Shown here piece after piece: positions 50,405 through 61,922 of a stretch of 64,000 nt of DNA. The position numbers and the translations under genes are program-made. The stretch is taken from assembly GCF_018350175.1 (NCBI RefSeq), contig NC_058378.1:45074001-45138000 (forward strand). The letters run 5' to 3'. The stretch's first letter is position 1; the number at the start of each line of letters is the position of its first letter. The notes under the pieces were generated by a model. It saw only the letters and a program-made list of their open reading frames with translations, did no database searches and had not been told where the DNA came from. This DNA is from Felis catus (taxonomy: Eukaryota).

Positions 50405-50999
50405 ACTCAAGTCCTCATTCCTGACCATAACATGCCCATGCTTCCTTTCTGTGCTGCCTCATTCATCAAGAAATCTCCTACCCCCCACCCCCCCCAACCA
50501 CCCCCCCAACACCCTCCCCCCCCCCCCCCCCCCGCCCCGAGGAACAGGAGCCAGGCCAGCCTGCTGGTGGGTCTGGGAAGCAGGTCTGGAGCCAGGTACC
50601 CTCCAGGCATGCCCTGGGCGTTTCGGGAACCTTCTGACACAGGCACTGCCTTCAGGGCCCCTGCACCAGTTGCCTTTTATAATGGAGGAAGCTGCCCTGC
50701 TTTTGGCTCCCCCAGACAACCTAACACCCTCCTGGAACAGATGGTAACTTTCAAAGATCTAAAGTGCAAACCCCATAGCAAGACCTGTCTGAATCCTTCT
50801 CAGCACAGAAGGTTGTGACCCCACAGCTCCTCCTGCCTGGCCCCACCCAGCCTCAAGCTCCCACCGCTTGGAGCTGGGCTTTCCTGTCCTTCGGCACGAA
50901 GTCCTGTCAAGTATCATTAGAAAAAAGGACAGCTGAGATGCAGGAGAGTGAGCCTCCGCCTCGAAAGTAGTAAAAGTGAGCTCCTCCCAGCCTCGAGCA

Positions 51000-51170
51000 C
51001 TTTACCTAATTTAATCCTCAGAACAAACCGGTGGTGTCTCAGGTGACCCCAGTGTCCCTGAGAATGAACTGAGGAACAGAGAGGTTAAATACCTTGCTCA
51101 AGGGCACAGAGCCTAGGAGGTGCAGAGACCGGGCAGAAGGCAAGGTGGCCTGGCTCCAGAGCCACCCAGT
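51000..51170 (-). mobile_element. MIR fragment (others near 30130, 31305, 31770, 36130, 43710, 47990, 48380, 63880)
   Basis: MIR core aactgaggaacagagaggttaaataccttgctcaagggcacag. Confidence 0.65.
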
Positions 51171-54029
51171 TAAGTCCCATGCTCTGCTCCGGCCACCCTG
51201 ACCGGGTGGACTCAGGTACTTATGGCAGATGTTTCAAAACCACCTGGGGATCCGGCTGGTAGGTGTCCTACACGAAGGGCTATTGGCATCATGCCCTGGG
51301 GGCTCGCTCATAGGCAGTGGGGGGATTGCATCCCCTTTGATGCCCAGACGGTTTGGGCTCGGAGCATCTAAGTGACTTGCCCCATGCCTCCAGCCCTGGG
51401 CACCAGAGCCAGAGCTTCAGTCCACACCCTGATGCAGACACTCCTGAGACCACAGCACTTTCCCATACTGCCTCAGGGGTGGGGAGCAGGGGTGCCAGGC
51501 AGCCCTGGGGGCTGGGAACCCAGCTGAGCCCAGCCGAGCAGGAGTGTATCCCACTCTGCTGGCCATGGGCACTCACTGCTGTGGAGGCTGAGAGGAGCAG
51601 GAGGCTGCGGGTCCCCCAGACCCCCAAACCTACCATGGGAGGAGTGAAGGGTCTGGAGGAGGTTCAGGGCAGTCAGGGGTTTCCCTGCTTCCAGACCCAG
51701 ATGCAGGCACACAAGCAGGCCTGTGCATGCCCAGGGGGAGTCCGTCTGGGGCCTGGGTGTGCCTGAGAGCTCTTTGGACTGTAAGGGAAAGAGAGGAGCC
51801 GGCCCGATAAGGTATCAGGGGGAAGGGGACACCTAGACCCAGCCCCTGGGGACAGTGCATCACCAGGCTCCCAGTGTCCTCTGCCTCAGCTGAAGGAACC
51901 TGGGAGGGTCCCTGCTGCTTGACCCCCACCCTAGACACATATTCAGGGCCTGTTCCTGGGGTCATATGCCAAACATCTAGGTTCACCCTGTCCAGGAAGC
52001 CTGTTCCCTGCCCCACGGCACCTGCAGTGCTCTTGGCCTTTAAACCCATGTTACGCGCTTTCTGCTCTTGCAGCTGCACGTGACTTCGCTAGAGGAACAA
52101 CTGATCTCTCCCTGCCCCTCTCCTCACCTGAGAAGCCCCAGGTGAACTGTGGGGTGCTGGGCTGAGTGCTGGACATCCTTCAGCCCATTTAGATGATCAC
52201 AATAGCATTTGAGGAGATTCTGTTATAGTCTTCCTCCTCCCCATCAAGGATGGGGACACTGAGGCTCAGAGAGATGGGCTTGCCCTAAGGGGTATTTGAA
52301 CCCAAGAGGTATGACTGCAGTGCCTGCTGCTTTAGAACCACCAGCTGTCTCTATTGTCACCTGCTTGGGCCAGACTGTGCCTCCCTGTCTTGTTCTTGCC
52401 CACTGGGACCAGCACCGGCATTGAATAACTTTAATAGCCACTGCTATTTTCACTGCTGCAGTGAAAAGACCCTTCTGGCCCAAGAGACTGGTGCTACTGG
52501 TGGGAATTCAGGAGGGCAGGGGCTAGGCTGGTCTCCGGGGAGTCCCCCAGGCAGCAGTCTGGCTCCTGCAGTGCCTTTGGGCTCTGGGCTTGGCCCTGCC
52601 AGAGGCCAGGAAGAGCGGGGGAGTGGCAGGGCTGGATTCCTCAGGGCGTGGTGTCCCCTCCCCCCTTCTGATCTCAGTGCCTGCCCCTTCTACTTGACCA
52701 GGGTTGCCCTTATCTCCATTAATCCATTCTCATTGTGTGTGCACGCGTGCCTCCAGACATCCCACACCGCAGCTGCCGCTCCCAGGTTTATCCCGGGCCT
52801 CTCCTTGCCGCCTCCCCCCACCCTCTCCCCGCCACCAACTCTTAGAGGCAGGGCATGCCCTAGCGGAGTGGCCCTGGATAGGGGAGGCCTCCCCAGAGCT
52901 CCAGAATAGGAGAAGCTTCCACAGAGACGCAGAGACAGGCCCGGAGAGGAAGAATCAGAGGGCAGGCATTAAAGGGAGGGTTAAGATGCAGCACCCACGG
53001 CAGAAAGGGTGTGCGGTGGAGGCCTCCTGGCTGCGCAGGCGGGCTCCAGAGTGGGAGAATGCAGGGTGGAGTGGAGGCCCTATGTGCACACTTGAGCTCC
53101 AGGGGGTCACGGCTCTTGGGTCATTTTGCTGTCCTCGGGATCTCTGGCTCCCCTGCTGACGCCCAGGTCTCTAACCCCTCTCCCAGCGCCCCCACGTGGC
53201 CACCACGTCCGTCCTGTGTGCGCTCCATCCAGGGAAAGGCTAACTGAGCGGTCTGAGGCTTGGCCATCCGCTTCTTCGCTGTGTGGACCGGTACGTCCCT
53301 GCCCTCTCTGAGCCTCGCCTCCTGCCTAACTCGTTGGGCTTTGGTGACCTTAGATTGCGCCCTGGGTTGGGCGCACCCTGCAGCTCCTTCCGTTGTTCCC
53401 CCTCCACTTTGGGCTATTTCCTCCCCCAGGAGTGCTTGCCAGTGACTGGCTCTCTGTGAGAGGGAGTTACTTGACCCTCTCCGTTCTGAGCCTGCCTGGT
53501 CCCAGTGGCGGCAGGACAGACGGCCTCTACAGTGTCCAGGCTGAGCGTGTGGGGACAGCTGGGTTGCCTGTTGTCAGGGCCCTAGGGTTTACAGCCCACC
53601 CACGTGGATTCAAGTCCCTGCCAGGTGAGTTCATGAACTCATTTCACCAAGTTGTTACAAAGATTATACAAGAGGCTGAAAAGCCTGAGGGCAGAGCCTG
53701 GCACAAGGTAAATGCTCAATAAAAGGCAGCTGCTATTATTAATGTCAATTCCAGCCTTGAGATTCTGACCTGGCGCTCACCCAGCGCCCACCGGATCCTC
53801 AGGGTTAGGGACAAGGGGTCGGGCCGATGTGGAGGCTGTTGGTGTGTGCGCCCCCTTCCACTCCTGCCCCTCTGTGGACCCCTGATCCAACCCCCACCCC
53901 CTGCAGCCCCGTGCCCCTCTTCAGACCCCGCACCGCTTTCCCACCACGGCCGGCCTGAGGCCAGGATGTGTTCTCCGTCCGTGGAGGCTGGAGCAGGGCC
54001 CAGTCAGTCCCCGAGCAGTCTGCTGGGAA

Positions 54030-54100
54030 ACGCCCCGCGCCCCCTCTTCCCCGCCCCGCGCGGGGCGGGACAGCCCTGGGGCGCCTTAAAAACCAGAGCT
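54030..54100 (+). promoter_or_regulatory. ADIRF: ADIRF proximal promoter
   Basis: GC boxes ccgccc 54051-54056 and ggggcggg 54062-54069; TATA-like TTAAAAA 54086-54092 about 90 nt before the ATG; CpG-rich. Confidence 0.7.
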
Positions 54101-54181
54101 GGAGCTTCGGTCGCAGCCAAGGTGAACAGGATCCAACTTCGCTGCAGCTATCCTTGACGACCTCGCAGACCCCCAGCAGTC

Positions 54182-54242
54182 ATGGCCAGCAAGAGCTTGC
54201 AGGACCTGAAGCAGCAAGTGCAGGGGGCGGCCCAGGAAGCAG
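54182..54242 (+). CDS. ADIRF: Adipogenesis regulatory factor (APM2/C10orf116) exon 1
   Basis: gtcATGG; MASKSLQDLKQQVQGAAQEA(V)|gtgagg, 61 nt. Confidence 0.94.
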
Positions 54243-55948
54243 GTGAGGACAGTGCTGCGACCCGGGGCACTTGCAGGGACTCACAGAGGCAGAAGTCCTG
54301 GGTTACGCATCCCGAAAGTCGGTGGGCCGCTCCGGGTCCTGAGGGCCCTCCCTTGAGATGCAGGGATCCGGCAGGACGCCCACCCCGCCCAGCCCAAGGG
54401 ATGATGCCTTGAGGGAGGTGGGGAAACATTGGTGCCCCAGGAGTTTGGCCGATGTGGGCATTGCCAGGAGCCAATATAAAGAGACTGCGCGGGAGGGGAG
54501 CGGCCACACCCCGATCGTGAGGAGCCCCACCTCGGTCCTTAGGGGAGGGTGAAGGTCCACGGAGAGAGCGCACTTCGCACCCCGTGCACCGAGAGATCCA
54601 TCTCTGCTCGCTGGGGTCTCAGAGGCGCACTGGACCGGATGGGATGGCAGAAGGGGCTCCTCCTGCCACCACCCGGCTTTGAGTTCCCCTACCTCCCCCG
54701 TCCTACCGAAAAAAAATCATTTCCTTCTAAGTCCTCACCCAGAGGGCCTTCTCACCCCTCACCTCAGAAGGTAGGTCCCCAGCCTTGTTTCTCCACCTCC
54801 AGCTCTTTCCTTCTGGGACCTGAGATTACACAGCTGGGGTGGCATAGGGTGGACTGGGGTTAGGAAATGTGTGGAGACCCCTGCCCTAAGGCCCACCAGC
54901 TGTGGCTTTTCCAGCCCAGCTCGGCCTCCCCTGGGACTCCAGCTCCCAATTTGCGCTGCACATATCCCAACGAACAGACAACACCCAAACTAACCCCCTC
55001 CTTCATCAGTGCCCCAGGGAATGCCCACAGTTGCTCCCCTGAAACTAAAATGCTACCAGGAAGCCTGTCTACAAGACCCTTCCTTCTGGGCCACACTTTC
55101 CCCATCTGTAAATTGGGTGCGAAAGCTCCTTCTCTGTGGCCCCGACTGGTTCTGTCATATAAGGACCCACGGGAGCCTCTGTGAGCCGCAGACCCGGGGC
55201 CTGCCTGACCCCCTACACCTCCCTGACCCAGAGTCCGAGTAAAAGCAGCTTCTTTCCGGTTCAGTTGCAAGGATGAGTCAGGTCTCTGGAGGCTGGAGCC
55301 ACTTGTCTGCTCCCCTAGCAGGTGGGACCCACTTGAGCCCCTGGAAGCCCTGTTCACCACAGGCACAAACTCTGGTCCAGGGGAGATGGCCTGACTTTGC
55401 AAGTGTCACCTCCTTTCTGGACTTCATTTCCTAATGCCTTAAGTTGCATGCCCACAGAGGCACCAGCATCATTGTTTGTGTGCCTTCTGGGGAGAGGCAT
55501 GGGAGAAAAGCAGTGGTGAAAGGGCCTTGCAAGGGTGGGGCCCCCGTGCACTGGTGGTGGGAATTCAGGCATCGGGGCCAGGCTTCTGGGGGAGAAATTG
55601 TGAAAGAGGGACAGGGTTCTTCCCGGGCCGTGCCCAGGAGCAGCCACAACCCAGATGCCAGCTCCAGCCTCTGTTGGGGTGTTTTCTCTGCAATCCTGGA
55701 GATGAAGAGAGAAGCAGGCCAGAGGGGAGGAGCCTAGAGTTATAAATAAACAAGAATACCCCAGAGGCATGGAAAGGGCCCCTATGCCTCACTGGCACAG
55801 GACTTTTTAGTCAGAGGACTTGACTTTGATGGCATTCATTCCTTGGGCCTGTAGGACACACTAGAGAACAGATAGAGGTGGCAATGGTGGGGCCCCTGTG
55901 GTTGGCAGTGTCTCAATAGGGGCTAAGGGCCACATCTCTCTGTTCCAG

Positions 55949-56011
55949 TGACTGCGGCAGGATCATCGGCCCAGCAAGTGGTGGACCAAGCCACAGAAGC
56001 AGGGCAGAAAG
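55949..56011 (+). CDS. ADIRF: ADIRF exon 2
   Basis: ccag|TG ACT GCG...CAG AAA G|gtctgg, 63 nt; (V)TAAGSSAQQVVDQATEAGQK; donor is weak. Confidence 0.92.
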
Positions 56012-56213
56012 GTCTGGTGGGGCTGGTGGGCAGGAGGGCGGGCAGCCCCAGAACACTCCCCACCCTATTCAGCCCTCAGCCAGACATACCCTCCACTCTG
56101 AAACCCCTCTGCCCACATTGCTTCCTGGGGATGGAGACCCAGGCCAGGCTAACCCTAGAGGACTTTGGTTCCCAGGGCCTGGCCCTCACCTGCTTTCTCC
56201 TTTCCTTCCCCAG

Positions 56214-56317
56214 CCATGGACCAGGTGGCCAAGGCCACCCAGGAAACCATCGACAAGACTGCTAACCAGGCCTCTGAGACTTTCTCAGGTTTTGGGAAAA
56301 AATTTGGCCTCATATAA
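56214..56317 (+). CDS. ADIRF: ADIRF exon 3
   Basis: ccag|CC ATG GAC CAG...CTC ATA TAA, 104 nt; (A)MDQVAKATQETIDKTANQASETFSGFGKKFGLI*. Total 228 nt = 75 aa + stop; ATTAAA signal at 56388-56393. Confidence 0.93.
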
Positions 56318-56779
56318 CGACAGAAGGGAGACATGGGTGACTGCCCTCCAGCCCCTGGGCTTTGGCGGGCCCTTGGCCTGCTGCCTTATTAAAGCACATG
56401 TTCCTACCTCCTGTCCACTTCATTCCTCCCCACAAGCCGGGCCCAGCCCTCTCTCGCCCCCGCCCTGCACAGTGTGCAGAAACCCAGCCCCGACATCCAG
56501 AGTTCTGGCATTCCAAATTCGGAAACCCAGACGAACTGTCCAAGAATTCTTTTCCCATGGTCTCAACCGCAAATCCAGACGCTCCCTTATACGAAGTTCA
56601 ATGAGGTATGTTTGCCTCCCGCTCTGTTCAGGAGCCACTTGGTCCCCGTTCCCAAATCGCTCCCTCAGCTCCAGGAACCCCGCGCCTCCTAGGAGGGGAT
56701 ACTCGGTCCCTAGATGCTTGAGGGGTTCAGCTCAGGGCACGGGAATAGGGGCTCCAAGGGCTGGGCTTCGGGAACTTCT

Positions 56780-57700
56780 CCCCGCTAGCTGTGCCTGGAG
56801 GCTGCGAGCACCGGGGCTCCCTCGCTGGGATCCTGTGAGGACCTCAGGTGGCGGGACCTCTGGGGACGACGCAGAGTCGCAGGAGCAGCACTTAAAGCCC
56901 TCGCCGCACCCCGGTCCCCGCCCGCGGGGTGTTTGTGTGCCGGCCCCACCCGGCGGTGAGTCACCGGGCAGGACCGAGAAGGCTAGGACACGCCGGGAGC
57001 CGCCGCACCCCGCGGCCGGACTGGAGCTGGTTCGGAGTTGCAGCCGAGAGTAGCCCCGCCCACGACACGCCCCCTGGGGGAGGAACAGCGGCGCGGGGGG
57101 CGGTGCACGTGGGCTTGCAGTGGGCTACAGGTTGGTGTACGTGCGCGCGCGACCCCTCCCGCGAGCACCCCTTCCCGCTCGGACGTACCAGGACTTTCTG
57201 TTCCAGGATGGAGGCCGCCCCTTTCGTGCCACAGGGCCCCTAGAGGGACTAGACTTCCCGCAAACTTAGTCCCTCCTCCCCCCCCCCCCCCCAGCACGTG
57301 TCCACGCACGCGACACCAGCCCCGGTACGCCCCGCTGCAGGGTGACTCACAGTTGCCACAGGATAAGGCCCAGCCCTGGCGCCTGGCGCTGGCGGCCCCC
57401 TCCATCCGGGCCCCCTGCCACTCCGTGTTCCCCTTACCCACCTCCGAGCCTTTGCTCACGTTATTCCCTCCACCGGTGAGGATCTTATTCTCTCTGGACG
57501 AGCACGTACGTAGCCAAGCCGTTTCCATTCAAAGATACTAATTACACGTCCCAATTCTGGGCAGATAAGAGAGAAAAGAGTAGTCTCCCCTCACGCGTGG
57601 ACACGAGGCCGGCTTCATGGGAGGCCTTGCACGCACGGCCGCCAGCAGGGAGCAGTGTCGTCGTGTGGCGCCCCACCCAGGCCCAGGTGTCCCTGTGGGT
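56780..57700. promoter_or_regulatory. CpG island 3' of ADIRF with E-box/HRE/AP-1/CTCF-like motifs (limits approximate)
   Basis: Dense CpG; CACGTG 57106 and 57295, TGAGTCA 56957, TGACTCA 57343, ACGCCCCCTGGGGG 57067. Confidence 0.75.
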
Positions 57701-59608
57701 GCAGCTCTGCTCCAGCGACCTTTCTCTTCTCCAACCTGAGAACCCTCCCAGGCCGGCCACAGATCTTCTCCCGCTCCCCGTCAGCGTCTCCCATCCTCAC
57801 CCGGGGGCCAAACCAGCTTCCATTCTTGTTTCCTTATTACTGACTGTACCGGAAAGAAGCCTCGCTTGATCTGCAAAATGGGCCAAGGCTGCTCCCTCTG
57901 GTCCAAAGAGAAGGTCCTCAAAGAGACACCTGGGTAGTGTGAGGGCACTTCCAGCATCTCCAGGGGCCCCTGCCTCCAAGGAGTGAATGCCAGGGTCAGG
58001 AGAGACCACCTGGGGAGGGGGGTGCACAGCTTGGGGGAGACCCGATGGGCTGGGGTGGCAGAGCCCACACATATTTTCTGGTGTGAGTCCTTCCCCTGGT
58101 GACTCAGAGAGAAATCCCCGTGGGTCCAGCAATCCCTTTTCATCCTGCACTCCCCAGGAGATTGCCTTAGGGATGGGTGTGGGGCCCAGCTCTGGCCAAG
58201 GAGAAGGGAGGTCACATCTGAGGGCCTGGGAGCTTTTAGGAAATATTCTCCATCCTCAAAAAAAGACAGACAAGGGAAGAAACAGTCCCCCCTCTTCCAC
58301 CGGACATTTTTGTGGCTGGAAATGATGCTTAGAACTGTGCCAGCCACATGTAACCATAGGAGAAACAAGCCTAAGGAAAACACAACTTTATTCATTCCCT
58401 AAACTAACCAGTCTTTCAGCCTGCCATGCTAGCAAGAGGATGCAGTTTCCCTCATTGTTTGAGCCACTGTGAATCAAGTTTTCTCTTACAAACAAAAGCT
58501 TGTCATCCCCATGTTACCTGGATGCCAGCCAGCATCCTGCACTGGCCGGCCTCACCCGCCTCCCCAGCCTCCTCTCTCAACACCCTGGCCCTCTCTGCCT
58601 CAGCCACATTGGCCCTTTTCCATTTCCCTTGACATCATGTTGCTGCTCACCACAGGGTCTTTGCATGTGCTGTTTTTACTGCCTAGACCACTCTCTGTCC
58701 TCCTCCATTAACCATTCTTGTCTAGAGCTCCTACTTTTTCATTCTTCAGATCTCAGTTCCCTTGTCCATCCTCCAACACGCACACACACTCAGGATGGGT
58801 CCAGCAACCGCTGATACAGTCTCGCACCTTGTCCTCCTTTTCCACAGTTACTCTAACGAGACCCTTCCAGTATGCTTCTCTGATGGTTGTCCATGGGGCT
58901 GCAACCAAGTCCCTTCTACTGATGAGTGCACGCCAGTGCCTAGAATGGTGCTCTGGCAACATCTGCTAAATGAACACACGCCTGACCTCCTTTGGTTCTC
59001 CTACCAGATAACAATGAGTTTGCATATTGTCAGATGAACCCTGGGTGCCGTCTCTTTGGTGCAGCCCCTTCCACACTCCTGATGCCCCATGCACCATGCA
59101 AATGCCTGTTTCTATGTGCCTCTGTTCTTCCCAACATTGCAAACTGTGGGAATGGGGGGAAGGCCAGTTTGAACTTGGTTTTGCTACATGTCTGGGACAC
59201 AGTGGGTGCAACACCAGCGGAGCCCATGGGAGCCTATAGGAGCCCAGCCCTGTCTCCATGAGGGTCATGAAACTAGTTGAGCCCAGACCGTGGTCACTCT
59301 ACCTTTGGGTCCTGGTCAAGGATCCAAAGAGCAATTCTTCCATTAGCAGTTCCTCCAAACGATTCCTGATTCTCCAGGTTCTACTTCCTCAACTAGCTAA
59401 ACGCAAGGTCACTAAAAAGAGAGACAAGGGCAGGTTCCATTTTGGTTCCACTTGACTTCTCAGCTCTGATTCCTGTCGAATTGCAAATTTTATGAGAGAC
59501 AAGGAGCAGAGTTTTCTATTTTCTGCTTTCAACCCCCTTCTCTCTTTTTCTCTTTCTCTCTCTTTTTTGGTTGTTATTTGTCACATTCTAGTTTCTACTT
59601 TTTGTAAA

Positions 59609-59835
59609 ATTTTTTTTTTTTTTTTTTTTTTTAGTGTTTATTTATTATTGGCAGAGAGAGAGACAGAGCATGAGCGGAAGAGACGCAGAGAGAGAGGGAG
59701 ACACAGAATCTGAAGCAGGCTCCAGGCTCTGAGCTTGTCAGCACAGAGCCTGATGTGGGGCTCGAACTCACGGACAGCAAGATCATGACCTGAGCCGAAG
59801 TCGGGCGCTCAACCAACTGAGCCACCCAGGTGCCC
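59609..59835 (-). mobile_element. Can-SINE, antisense
   Basis: Long poly-T; perfect TSD tctagtttctacttttt. Confidence 0.95.
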
Positions 59836-60011
59836 ATCTAGTTTCTACTTTTTGAAAGCATTTACATTCCATTCCTCTACCCTGAGCCACACCTTTGTTT
59901 TCTCTTAGATCTGCAACTGAAAATATTATAAGCTCTCTGCTATTCCTGTTGCTAAAACATGTTTTGCTATCTGTTACTTGGTTGGAATTAGTCTGCTAGA
60001 AGGTTCCTCAT

Positions 60012-60218
60012 GGCGCCTGGGTGGCTCAGTCGGTTAAGCGGCCGACTTCGGCTCAGGTCATGATCTCGCGGTCCATGAGTTCGAGCCCCGCGTCAGGCTT
60101 TGTGCTGACAGCTCAGAGCCTGGAGTCTGTTTCAGATTCTGTGTCTCCCTCTCTCTGACCCTCCCCCGTTCATGCTTTGTCTCTTTCTGTCTCAAAAATA
60201 AATAAACGTTAAAAAAAA
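60012..60218 (+). mobile_element. Young Can-SINE
   Basis: ggcgcctgggtggctcagtcggttaagcggccgacttcgg...aaaaataaataaacgttaaaaaaaa. Confidence 0.95.
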
Positions 60219-60444
60219 TTTTTTTTTAATTATTTTACTGTTTATTTTATTTTTGAGAAAGAGAGAGAGATAGAGAGAGCGTGAGGGGGGAGGGACAGAG
60301 AGAAAGGGAGACACAGAATCTGAAGCAGGCTCCAGGGTCCGAGCTGTCAGCACAGAGCCTGATGCCGGACTTGAACACATGAACCACGAGATCATGACCT
60401 GAGCCGAAGTCGGACGCTCAACCGACTGAGCCACTCAGGCGCCC
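60219..60444 (-). mobile_element. Can-SINE, antisense, abutting the previous one tail-to-tail
   Basis: T tract, gagagag, gaagtcggacgctcaaccgactgagccactcaggcgccc. Confidence 0.94.
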
Positions 60445-61464
60445 TGGCATTTTCTATTTTAAAAATGTTAAAAAAGTTAAAATAAAAACTTTTTTTAAAT
60501 TATTATTGAAATAATTTTAATTTATTTAGTTAAAATTGACTAAATTTAGATTTTAATTTAGCTGAATATGCTAATGTTAATTCCCGGCTTCTGATCATTG
60601 TATTGTGGTTGTGTGAGATGTGAACACCCCCATCAGGGGAGTCTGGGTGAGGAAGACAGCAAAACTATATTACTTTCATAACTCAATTAACACTGAGTTG
60701 GAAGAGAGAAACTACCCTATTAATCGTAAAACCCTTGTATTCCTGACGCTGGAGGCTGTCAGGAATCTGAAGTTCAGATCTGAAGTGGCATTTCCCAGAT
60801 GGCAGTGGGAGTCTGGGTTGGGGGTAGGGGCAGGGGATTCACCCAGACTCCTCTGCTCAGGAGCCTGCCCCTTTTTCATGTAAGTGCTGGACTCACCTGT
60901 ATAGCCGCGACCCCTCCACCCCTCTGCCTCTTAGAACCAAACTGACTTTTAGAAGATTCTACGGGCAGCCTTCTCTTTTCCCAGTTGCGGCCTCCAGCAT
61001 TTTACAAACAAGGGTTTGTTTAGCCCTTGTTTCCTCAAAGGCTCTCTTCACTCTTGGAAGGTGGTGGTCTTATGTCTGACACCTCTGGAGATCCTTGGGC
61101 GTCTTCTGCTTCCTCCTTCACCTGCTCAGGTTCTTAGTTCTGTCCCGAAGAGTTCTCATTCAACACCTGAGACCACCCCCCCTCCCCGGGTCTCTCCCAC
61201 TCTTCTGCATTTGCCTGCCTTCCCACATTGGTTCTGCTGGTCTCACCTGCTCCTGGATTTGCATGGTTTCCCAGCTTCTCTGAAGAGAAATTTGATGTGT
61301 GTGTGTGTTGATGATGGGCTGCCTTCCTCTTCCTCCTCCTCCTCCTCCTTCTCCTCCTTCCCCCCCCTCCTCCTTCATATGGTTTCAAGAAGGAGAAATG
61401 GGACTATTTAGAATTAAGCTGTTGCCCTGTTGCCTCCAGACATGGCAGGCTGGCAGGCTGAGCT

Positions 61465-61922
61465 GGTATTCTGTTTACAGAGAATCCATATCCACTGTCT
61501 GCCTGCTCCTCCCTGCCCTCGCCCCAGGAACCTGTCCTCCTGAACAGCATCACCAGGGCTCCCTTGCCCTCAGTCCCAGTTGGGTTCAGCCAATGGGCGA
61601 CACATGGCTAGGTCACAGAGGGAGAGGAGAGGTATTTGTTCCCCATGTACCCTCCTTGCGTGACGTGGTTTGGCAGTGGCTGGGTTCCTCTGCTGCTGCT
61701 CCTGTCGAATGACCTTCTTGTAAAGCCACAGCTCTCCTTGGCCTTGCTCCTTACCCTTACCCCTCCAGGCCCAGGGTGGTGACAACTGTCACCATGACTG
61801 GTCCCCGGGCACCTTGCCATCCTTTATTGGTTCTCTTAAGTCTCCCCACAGCTTTGTGAACAGTCCCTTCCTTAGGTACCCCTTTGATGTGTCCTCTGAT
61901 TTCCAACAGAATCCTGACTGAC
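61465..61922 (+). mobile_element. LTR33-like ERVL solo LTR (limits approximate)
   Basis: gggctcccttgccctc...gttgggttcagccaatggg...ggagaggtatttgttcccc...cctgactgaca recalled from LTR33. Confidence 0.6.

Noticed and set aside
56118-57053. 311-aa ORF overlapping ADIRF exon 3 and the CpG island
   Set aside because: Off-frame to ADIRF, P/R/G-rich, crosses the poly(A) signal; typical GC-rich chance ORF
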